Positions 53,001-64,000 of a stretch of 64,000 nucleotides of DNA are shown here, one piece after another. How positions within the stretch are numbered: position 1 is the stretch's first letter; every line of letters begins with the position of its first letter. Origin of the DNA: Anaeramoeba ignava BMAN (Eukaryota; Protista; Anaeramoebae); assembly GCA_028826165.1 (NCBI GenBank), contig JAPDFW010000136.1, positions 310,001 to 374,000 on the forward strand. The letters are read 5' to 3'. Position numbers and translations under genes: made by a program. The notes under the pieces are model-generated. The model had not been told where the DNA came from. It searched no databases and worked only from the letters and a program-made list of their open reading frames with translations.

Positions 53001-56000
53001 TGATGCTGACTATATAATCAGTCAAGAAGTTGATATGCCTTTATCTTATTATGTGTTTCAGAATTTTATTGAAAAGTTGATTGAATTTTTTGGAATATTT
53101 CTAAAAAACATAAATCAGAATCAATTTTTATCTTTACTTAAAAAGCAAAATGAAAATGAAAATGAAAATGAAAATGAAAATGAAAATGAAAATGAAAATT
53201 TATTGGATTTTTTGGATAAACTCAAAATTCCATGTTATGAAATTACCGATAATGATGATAAAACAATGGATCTAAATCCATTTTTCTTTTTCATTTACTC
53301 ACAAATAGAAAAAAGTGAATCAATTTTAGATGAAACCATTTTCGATTTTCCATTGATTAATGCACAAATGAATGATAAAAATTATTCAGAAATATTCAAA
53401 AAACATGATTTACCTAATAAATATTTAATTTTCCTTACAAGATTTACAATTTCTTCAGAAGAAGAACAAACAATTTTCGATTCAATCGAAATTAACTTAT
53501 CAGAATGGATTCAAAAAATTCAAAGAAAAAAACCAAATGAAGTTTTTGAATTGCTTTCATTAAAAGATATTCATTTGATTTATTTCCAAAAAATTGATAA
53601 AAATTTATCTCATTTACTTAAAATTTTATCAATTAGTAAAATTTCTTTCAAAAAGAAATCTTTTTCTTTGGTTGCATTTCTTGACAAATTGATTAAAAAA
53701 TTATATGCGAATAAAGATGATCAAAAGTCTCTTTTCAAAGAATCAATGAAAACAGAGGAATTATTTAAATTCATTTTAGAAATTGGAGATGAAAAAGATT
53801 TGGAAAAAATAGAAAACTCTTATGAAAAATGGCATATTAAATTATTTCAAAATAAATTTAATATTAAATTAACTAATTTAACTTCAGATGAAAACAACAA
53901 CGAACAAATTTATGAAGAAATTGAGAAAGGAATGATGATTGATCGATTAGGTACAGATTTACTTAAAAAATTGTTTGCCAATAAAGTTAATTGTCAAGAT
54001 ATATGGATTTGCAAAGAATCACAAAAATCACAAAAATCACAAAAATCACTTTATTTAATAAATGATATAAACGAAGAAAAATATCAAGATAATAAAGGGA
54101 AAAAATGTCCTATTTGCAAATCTAAAGTAGAAGATTTTTCTGGTCATTTTGTAAAGGCTCGTAAGAAAAGAATTGAGAATTATCGAGAAGATTTGAGAAA
54201 TTTGATAATTAGATTTGCTCAATGCTTATCCTTTTATGGGAAATTAATTGCTCCAAAATTTATTTCCAAAAAGAAGATGATAAAAGGGTTTATTAATTAT
54301 TTAAAAAAGAAAAAAGACATCTTTTTCAAAGTTGATTTGGTGAATATTTATGAATCAATTTTCGTTTCATTTTTCAAGGATTTATTTACATTAAATCAAG
54401 AGGAGGATATGATTAATTTTATCGATAGGCTTCTGAGATCAACAAATAGAAAATTAGAAAATAACGGAAGCGATATGATTCTTCGATCTTGTATGAGAAT
54501 TTTGAATGAAAATGATGATCTAGTAGAAAATCTACAGGAATATATCAATGAACCGAATATCCAAAAACAAAAAGATGAAAAGGAAAAAGACGAAAAGAAA
54601 ACCAAAAAATCACATTCTAAAAAGCGAAATTCTCAAAGCAAAAACTCAAATCAAGATTCTCTGGATTCTATTGATCAATCTCAAGAATCTTCAAAATTTG
54701 AATTATTTGATAATAATTATTCTTTCGCAAAAATTATGAATTTCATTTTAAAGAGAGAATATTACATTCAAAATCCAAGGCAGTTTATTAAACAAATACA
54801 AAAAACTTTATCGAAAGAAGATCGAGAATTATGGTTGAAACTGATATTTTCTGCAGTTGAAAAGAATATTGGAAAAAGTAATATCCAGTTGTTAATCCCA
54901 AAACTTCCTCGTTTTATTCAGAGATCAGAGTTCTTAACAACAATGAGCGAACACAAACAAAAAGAATTTTCTTTGAAAATCTCAAGTAATAAAAAAACAA
55001 AATCATTGAAATATTACTATAAGAAAAAGCAACTTGGAGAAGATTTGAAAGTAGATTTTAATGAAACTCATATTAGTTTTGCTTCTGAATTCAATACAAG
55101 TTATATTGTTTCAAAACTATACAAAAATTTCTGGGAAATTGAAAAGAACTTTGATGATAAATTACTTTTCAGATTGGCGATTGAATCTGCTGAATTTTTA
55201 TCTAGTTTGAAAATTGAACTTTTCGAGTATTTGTTTTCTTCCGATCTTCTTTTTGAAATTGGAGAACCTGAATTGAAGATCCAGAGATTATCAACTTTAT
55301 ATTGGCCTTCAATGGGAACGCATCCGTTTAGAGAAGAATATAAAAAGAATCCAGATTTCTGGATGTTTTGTCAAAATGGTCATTTAAATTTTATCAAATT
55401 TTCAAAACTTAGATTACAAAATCATTGTGAATTTTGTCAAGGAGATATGAAAGAACAAAAGATTGAAAATGAATTTTTGATGAAGTTTTGTCTTATTCAA
55501 TTGGAAAATTTCCTGATTCAAACCTATTAACAACATACCGAAAAATGAAACCAATTACATTTAGAATAATTCGATTATTCATGAATATATCAATTCTTCC
55601 AGTTGTTATTATGTCTGAAAAGTTTTCTGGTTATTTCATTCATTTGATTAATAATTGTGTTTTCAAACCAAAAAACCAAAAAGAATTAATCGCTCAATTA
55701 TTTTCTCATGTGGAAAATGACTTGATGATTTTATCAAAATTGTGCAACCTTCCAATTTATCAAGCAACAAGTTATTATCTTCAAACTTTGAGTTTTCTGA
55801 AAAAGGAAACAATTCCAAAAATTTTATTTAATAAGGATAATTTCGGCTCAAAAAAAGCAAGAAATGAATTTGAGAATTTATTCAATCAAATCTACGATCA
55901 ACAACACGATAATATTCTCAAGAAAATTGAAGAAAATAAAGGGAAAGTTACAAAAGATTTGAAAGTATTCAACAAAATGTTTAACATTTTTGATCTGGAA

Positions 56001-57407
56001 AAACCAAATTTATATCCTCTTGTTGACTTCTTTTATAAAATCAAAGAAAATCAAAAGCAATATCCATTGATTCATTTTGTGATCCAAAATTATAAAAAAT
56101 TGGAAATGTTGAATTTTTTTGGAGAATTTTTGAAATTTGCAACTTTGTTGATGGAAAAATTCGATGGAAAAATAAAAAGAAATCAAGCAAAAAGCATTAA
56201 ATTGAAAGATTTATTTAAGGAGAAACACTCAAAAAATATTTCCAAATTATTTTTTAATTTTTCGAGGTTTTGGAAATTGGCATCAAAAGAAATCAAAGAT
56301 TTACAATTTACAAAAAATATTTCTGAAGAAGATGTTATTTTTGAAATTACAAAAGAATCATCAATTGAATGTTGTTTACCAGGAAATCAAGGTTCAAGTT
56401 TGATGATTGAAATTTTGATTGAACATTCAATAAAAATTCACAATGAATTGATTCAATCAGATCTACTTTCTGGAATATTTAAAACAACAAAAGAAAATGA
56501 TGAAAAGAAATCAGAATCCAAATTTCCAGATTCAAAATTAATATTTCCGATCACAAGAAACTTTGATGAATCACAATTTATTAAATTTGATATTCAAGAA
56601 TTTGAACAACTCATTTCTAACAATAATAATAAAAGCACTTTTGATTTGAAATTTTTCCAAGATGAAATTACTGAAAAATTAGAATTTCTTAAAAATCCAT
56701 TTATTTTCACTTTTCAAGTTAATAAATTTCGGTTTTGTGATGAAAAAATTGAATCAAATACTCAATTTCTTGAACAAAAAGAATGGGAACAAAAAGATAT
56801 CCAATTTCTGGAATGGATGAAAATTCAAGAAGAAATGAAAAACAAAAACTTATTTGAAACTATCAAAAAATTAATTGAATTTGTGGTTTTATCTTGTCAG
56901 AAAATTGATTTAGCAAAAGCAGAAAATTTATCAGATTTAACAGAAAAATCAATTATTGAATTTGTTAGAAATGAATTAAGTTGCGATAATTATGATATTT
57001 TGAAGGAAATTTCACCAAATTTCAGTCAAATTGCAAAATTAAAACATCTTTTATTTATCAATAATTATATTCAAGATGATTTCGAATCTGTTTTGGAAAA
57101 TCTTCCTAAAAAATTCAAGAGTGAAATGACTCAATTTCAATTAAACAATTTGGACAAATCAATCCAAAATATTTCAATTCCTTCTTTCTTAATCATTTTC
57201 AAAGATTTTATCAAAAGAATGCATGAAAATTTGGTGAATACAATTCCAATAAGAGATTTATTACTTTTTTCAATTGGAAATCAAAAACCAATTTATCAAG
57301 AAATGGATAAATTTTTTGATCCTTCTAAAACAATTTTATTAGGAAATACTTATGAATGCTATAAGTATTGCCTTAAAATTTTAATAACAAAAACAAATAT
57401 TTTTTAA
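41036..57407 (+). CDS. Giant RNF213/mysterin-like AAA+ / RZ-finger protein (~5000 aa), split by frameshifts
   Basis: Collinear RNF213-type motifs: FSSDFPGMGKS; NIPVIFIDG; LKENILFILVSCFSQIPLLIIGKPG/TSKT (intron 48325-48395); FYDVRDVYAFIR; LYKLFNQNY..VTISFG..IINPNFRLFVI; LYWPSM; CQNGH...CEFC; MKPITFRIIRLF. Confidence 0.8.
50290..52590 (+). repeat. In-frame (KD/KN)n tract with six identical KHTHKHQSKSRDGSEPSHTRKDSHTRHKSK cassettes
   Basis: Cassettes start near 50467, 50902, 51205, 51733, 52099 and 52429, embedded in (AAAGAT)n. The reading frame stays open throughout. Confidence 0.92.
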
Positions 57408-57636
57408 TTTACCCAAAAAGCAAAAAAATTTTTTTTTCTTCTTTCCACTTTTTTTTTTACTTTTTTTTTTCAATAAAAAAACAAACAAAAAATAAAAACA
57501 AAAAATAAACAAAATTTCTGTTTTTTTTTTATTAAATCAAGTCTTAAAAAAAAAGTAAAGTAAAGTAAATTAAAATTAAAATTAAAATTAAAATTAAAAA
57601 TTCAAAAAGAAATTAAAATTAAAATTAAAATTAAAA

Positions 57637-60600
57637 TTAAAGTTCCTTTTCTTCTTTTTCTTTTTCTTGATAATTTGATAAAGCACGATCACGAGAAATA
57701 ACTTGTAAAGAAGTACCTTCAGTATATTCAAAAGCAAAACCAGTATGTTTTTCACTTTTTCCTTTAACAATTTTCTTAATAGATTTTTCAACTGAAATTT
57801 GAGGAATATTTTGTAATTCAAGAACTTTTTCATGATCTGAAGAAATTTCAAGTTCATCTTCAACTAAAGGAACTGGTTTTGTTGTTTGTTTAGTAGGAAT
57901 ACGTTTTTTCTGATTAACTTCGAATCTGCGAATAACTTGGAAATCCAACGGATTATAATTTGAAGTGAAGTATTTATAAAAAAAATCAGGAAGAAGACAA
58001 AAAACTGGAACGAAAATGAGGATAAACCAAAATTGGCTCATTCCAAAGACATGATAAGTGACATCATACATTGAAGAAGATAACTTAAGAGAAGAGCTGA
58101 GAATAGACGCTGCAAGAAACCACACGACAATGCTTCCCCAAATGGTTACATGGTGTATCCAAGTCCAGTAACTACACTCAATAGCGATTTTTAAGTTCAC
58201 GACAATAACCAAAGAAGAATAGACTGCAATAGACATTCCCCAAATTCCGGAGACCTTTCCATCTGAGGAAACAGGTTCTATTCTCCAGACAAGCATTGGG
58301 ACAAAGAAGAGGATGAGCGCGTGAAAAATTCCTTGTAACAACCAAATCCAAAATCTTTTGAATCCAAATAAACTTTCTCTATTTCCTCCTTCATATAATT
58401 GCGGATATTTCAATTCCGCATCTTGTGATACATCCTGCTCAAATACACTGTATACAATAATTGGGAGTGATGTGAATACTACGTTATATATTGAGATTAA
58501 TATTGAATCAAATAGTGTTTGTGCTGACCATGCTGAAAACATTGCAAAAAATATCTGAATAAGACTGAATGCCATGTTTTTATAGAATGAATATAGAATC
58601 AGTTTTGTATTTCTTCGGTATGACCATCTTCCATGAACTAAAAGCAATCTTTTTCATTTCATTTCATTTCATTTTTATTATTATTTAATTTTTTTTTTGA
58701 TTATTCTTTCTTTTTTTTTTTTTTGTTTTACTTTGATAAAAATCTAAATTGTGCAATTGAATAATCACTTGCAAGAACTGCTTGCATTCCTTCTTGTCCA
58801 CTAATACCAATTCCGATATGAGAGGCTTAAATATATAAATAAATAAATAAATATATAAATAAATTTTGAAATAAATTTTGAAATAAATTTTTAAATAAAT
58901 TTTTATCCGATTTTGAAATAAATTTTTAAATAAATTTTTAAATAAATATTGAAATAAATATTGAAATAAATATTTAAATAAATATTGAAATAAATATTGA
59001 AATAAATAAATAAATATTGAAATAAATATATAAATAAATATTGAAATAAATATTGAAATAAATATTGAAATAAATATTGAAATAAATATTGAAATAAATA
59101 TTTAAATAAATATTTAAATAAATATTTATCCGATTTTGAAATAAATATATAAATAAATATTTAAATAAATATTTAAATAAATATTTATCCGATTTTTGAA
59201 ATAAATATTGAAATAAATATTTAAATAAATTTTGAAATAAATATTTAAATAAATTTTTAAATAAATATTGAAATAAATATTTAAATAAATATTTATCCGA
59301 TTTTGAAATAAATATTTAAATAAATATTTTAAATAAATATATAAATAAATTTTGAAATAAATATATAAATAAATTTTTAAATAAATATTTAAATAAATAT
59401 TGAAATAAATATTTAAATAAATATTTAAATAAATATATAAATAAATATTGAAATAAATATATAAATAAATATTGAAATAAATATTGAAATAAATATTGAA
59501 ATAAATATTTAAATAAATTTTTAAATAAATTTTGAAATAAATATTGAAATAAATATATAAATAAATATTTAAATAAATTTTGAAATAAATATTTAAATAA
59601 ATATTTAAATAAATATTGAAATAAATATTGAAATAAATATTTAAATAAATATTGAAATAAATTTTGAAATAAATATTGAAATAAATATATAAATAAATAT
59701 TGAAATAAATATTTAAATAAATATTTAAATAAATTTTTAAATAAATATTGAAATAAATATTTAAATAAATTTTTAAATAAATATTGAAATAAATATTGAA
59801 ATAAATTTATAAATAAATATTTAAATAAATTTTGAAATAGATTTTTAAATAAATTTTTAAATAAATATTGAAATAAATATTGAAATAAATATTGAAATAA
59901 ATATTGAAATAAATATTTAAATAAATATTGAAATAAATATTTAAATAAATATTGAAATAAATTTTGAAATAATATTGAAATAAATTTCTACCCTGAATCA
60001 TGCTAACATCATTTGCTCCATCTCCAATAGCAAGAGTCATCGCATTAACATTATCTTTAACAAGTTTTACAACCAAAGCTTTTTGAAGAGGAGAAACACG
60101 ACAACAAATAATTGCCATACAAGATTGAGCGAGTGTCAAAAACTCCAATTTAACACGAGATTTCAAAGCATGTTCCAAACTAGAACCCTGAATAATAACA
60201 GCCAATTTCCTTTTTTTTGTGGAATCCGTAGTAATATTATGTTCCTTAATTGATTGATTTATTTGATTCATAATTTCATCAGGATCTTCACCATCAATTA
60301 TAATAAGAGTCATTTCTGATGTTAATAAAGAACAAGCAAATCCAATATTAATTGCTGTTTCTTGCTTGTCACCTGTTAAAACCCAAATTTTTATTCCTGC
60401 ATGAGAAAGGAGTTCAATTGCTTCAGGAACTCCATCTTGAAGTTTATCTTCAATTGCTGATGCTCCAACTAAAATTAGATTGTTTTCAATCATTTCTGCT
60501 GCCTTTTCTAATTTTTCAGTTCGATCTTCAAGTGATATACTTGCTTCATGAAATACTTTGTTCCATGATTCATATTCTTCTTTTTCTACTTCTCTCATTG

Positions 60601-63600
60601 CAAAACATAATGTTCTTAATCCTTCTTTTCCAAATGTTTCTAAATGTTCTGTTGTTTGATCTCTGATGTTTTCGAATGGTTGTTTTTCTGCTAATCTTTC
60701 ATATATCACATTATCTGCTCCTTTTGTGTAAATTATTATCTTCTCTTCTGGATCTTTTACTATAACAGACATTCTTTTTCTTTTTGAATTGAATTCAAGT
60801 ACATTTAAAAGTTCAAACATTTTTTTTTGTCCATTCACACTTATTGTAACTGAATCAGGTGTTCTTGTCTTTTACAATTTCAAATTAAATTGAAATCAAA
60901 ATAAATTCAAATTTAATTGAAATCAAAATAAATTCAATTTAATTCAATCCAATTCAATTCAAAATAAATTCAATTTAATCCAATTCAAAATAAATTCAAA
61001 TTTAATTGAAATCAAAATAAATTCAATTTAATTCAAAATAAATTCAAAATAAATTAAATTCAATTTAATTCAATTCAATTTAATTCAATTCAATTCAATT
61101 TAAATTCAAATTAAATTCAATTCAATTCAATTCAATTCAATCCAAAATAATTTCAAATTTAATTTAATTCAATTCAATTCAATTCAAATTAAAATTAAAT
61201 TGAAATCAAAATAAATTTAATAAATTTTTTACTTGAAATTCATATCCAAAATATCTTCCTGCTTTTACAAGTGCTCCTTCATCTGGTGAAGATGCTTGAT
61301 AAATGATTTTTTCTGGATTATTGGGATTTTCTTCAGGAATAACTGTATGACAAACAGCAAGCATTAAAATAAATTCATGAATAAGATGTGCATTTTCATT
61401 ATTTTCTCTTAAATGCTGAAGAAAACGATCATCAACAAAAGCAGTTTCCTTCAAAATGAATTTAAAATTTTGATTTTAATTTTAATTTTAATTTTAATTT
61501 TAATTTTGATTTTAATTTTAATTTTAATTTTAATTTTAATTTTAATTTTAATTTTAATTTTAATTTTAATTTTAATTTTAATTTTAATTTTGATTTTGAT
61601 TTTGATTTTGATTTTGATTTTAATATTAAATTTAATATTAATTTTGATTTTAATTTTGATTTTGATTTTGATTTTGATTTTGATTTTGATTTTTAATTTT
61701 CTTGTTTGAATAAAATTAACACGTGTTGTTCCACTTTTTTTTTTTACATTTTCATTTTCTTCATCAAGATTAAGTTCTTTATCATCTCTTAATTCAATTT
61801 CATCATCATCGTCATAATCAAGTAAACTTTTCTTCAAATTATTTGTTAATACATCTTCTTGTTTCGGTTTCATTTTTCTTTTTTGTGGTCTTGGTGGTAA
61901 TTCTTTTCCTAATCTCTTAGCTGCTGCTCTTGCTACCTCTGTAATACCTTCTCCATACATAATTCCACCAACAGAACATTTCATAAATTCCATAACATTT
62001 TGAGTTAAAGTACCTGTTTTATCACTGAAAATATATTCAATCTTTCAAATTAAATTTTAATTTTAATTTTAATTTTATAAATGAATTTTAATTTTATAAA
62101 TGAATTTTAATTTTAAAATGGTGTATTTACAACACCAAGATCTTCTGCTAAATTTGATGTTCTTGCTTTTGCATATGTTTCTGTTTCATCATGATACATA
62201 TCTTTATCATGATTAATAAAAATAGTTTGAATTAACTTAACCATTTCCATTGTAACATAAAGAGATATAGGAATCATCACATTGCAAACAATAATAAAAG
62301 AGAAAAAGCTTTGTATTCCAATAATTCCAGGACTCATGGATGTATCTACATCTCCGCCCATATACCATGCCTTTTTTTCTCCCCATTTTCTTTGCCATTC
62401 AGCTGCGAAAATTGATCCAATTATTGAAATAATTCCCAAGAAAATAAAAATGGAAATTAAACGAGAATTTAATTTAATTTCAAGAGAACTTCTTTTTGAA
62501 GGTGGTTGACTAAATATTTAATATCCCAAATATTTGAATTATTTTCAAATGATGTTTTTTTATTTCATTCACTTAATTTTCAACAGAAAAAACTTGAATT
62601 GTTTTTTTTTAATTTTTTACGTTGAATTTTTCATTAATTTTGTTTCTCTTCCTGTATAAACAATAACTCCCAGAATCCACTTAGTGTTTCTTAAAGAACA
62701 TCCTCTTAATATAATTTGTTTGTGAGCTAATGAATGTTGTGAATTATTCATAGTAAGTGTTCCCTCAAATCGATATAATCTGTTATTTGGTAATTCACAT
62801 TCAATAGAATTTCCAAGAAAATTTGAACAATCTTCATGTGTTTTAATATGAGCTGTTTCCTTTAATGATTGATGAATTTTTAAATTTGTTTCACTTGAAG
62901 AATTTTGATTTTAATTTGAATTTGATTTTGAATTTGATTTTAATATTGATTTTGATTTTGATTTTAAATTTAAATTTTGATTTTGATTTTAAATTTGATT
63001 TTGATTTTAATTTTAATTTTGATTTTGATTTTGATTTTAATTTTGATTTTAAATTTGAAAATAAATAATGGAAAAATACCCATCAAGATTACAAGTATCA
63101 ATATAACACATTCCCATTGGTTCTGAAGAAGATATAACAACAACATCTGCAGGAATAAATTCACCATTTGTAATTTTGACAATATCACCAACTTGAATAT
63201 CTCTCCATTTAACTTGAAGAAATTGACCATTTCTAAAAATTGATGCTGGTGAATTGTTGATTTTCTTATCTGTTTTATGTCTTTGAATATCTTCATAGGC
63301 TTCTCTTATTGCTGTAATTGCTAATACAAAAACAAGTGGTGCGACAGAAATTGATGCATTTAAAGGTGAAAAAGGAAAATACTTTTGATTTTTAAAAAGA
63401 TTTTTTAAATAAAATTTAATTTAATTTTGATTTGATTTGATTTGATTTGATTTGATTTGATTTGATTTTGGATTTGATTTGATTTAATTTGATTTGATTT
63501 GATTTGATTTGATTTTGATTTTAATTTGATTTTGATTTTGATTTGATTTGATTTTGATTTTGATTTGATTTGATTTAATTTAATTTGATTTAATTTAATT

Positions 63601-63888
63601 TGATTTAATTTAATTTGATTTAATTTAATTTGATTTAATTTGATTGCAATTTTTATAATGATTTGGATTTGATTTGATTTAATTTGATTTGGATTTGATT
63701 TGGATTTGATTTGATTTAATTTAATTTTAATTTGTTTTGATTGCAATTTTTATAATGATTTGGTTTTGATGTTTTCAGTTTTTAAAATGATTTTAATTTT
63801 AATTTGTAAATTAATTTTTAAATTATCAAAACACAAATACCTCCAAAATAATAACAACTAAAAAATAAAAGTTTGCCAATCTGCGAAA
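57637..63888 (-). CDS. P4-type ATPase (phospholipid flippase, DRS2/ATP8-like); 5' end lies beyond the window
   Basis: [102 protein letters not shown] and [11 protein letters not shown]. Multiple GT-AG introns. Confidence 0.95.
58826..59991. repeat. 1166-bp intron composed of a 12-bp minisatellite (aaataaatattg variants)
   Basis: Directly visible. Bounded by donor CAG G|gtagaa and acceptor taag|CC on the minus strand. Confidence 0.88.
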
Positions 63889-64000
63889 CTAAAAAATTTT
63901 ATAAATAAAACATAAATAAATTAAAAATCCATTTTTGTATTTAAAAAAAATTTTTTTTTTCATTTTTGTAATTTAAAATTAATTTAAAAATTAAATGGAA

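Noticed and set aside
19730-57407. Frequent frameshifts as programmed frameshifting or mass pseudogenisation
   Set aside because: Most are single-base indels in or near A/T homopolymers and occur even in conserved genes such as actin and the TEP, which is typical of long-read error.
1-64000. Inteins, transposases, tRNA or rRNA genes
   Set aside because: No Hint-domain (C...HN) insertion, transposase/RT motif or structured tRNA/rRNA sequence was recognised by eye.

Overview
Very AT-rich, intron-containing eukaryotic (protist) DNA. The low-complexity NQ/ENE/KD tracts and the many ankyrin-BTB, RCC1-BTB and GTPase-BTB genes resemble the anaerobic metamonad amoeba Anaeramoeba, but that assignment is inference. 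Genes in order: two tandem MscS-like channels, CKS1, a C-terminally truncated NOT1-like gene, an ankyrin-BTB gene, an EDC4 C-terminal-like gene, DIS3/RRP44 (3' end garbled), two intronless ankyrin-BTB paralogs, a divergent actin, RCC1-BTB, a C/D-box snoRNA, a divergent Rab, a Rab-like GTPase-BTB fusion with a CaaX end, an alpha-2-macroglobulin/thioester protein, an ITPK1 fragment, a ~16 kb RNF213-like gene and a P4-ATPase. The main finding is in the ankyrin-BTB gene at 10209-12851 (-). Each ankyrin repeat is one 96/99-nt exon followed by TWO single-codon (3-nt) exons, giving ten AG-NNN-GTAA microexons in five pairs. They encode exactly the two variable beta-turn residues of the D-x-x-G-x-TPLH motif. 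Many frameshifts sit in homopolymers and are probably long-read consensus errors. All family calls come from motif recognition by eye; no searches were run.
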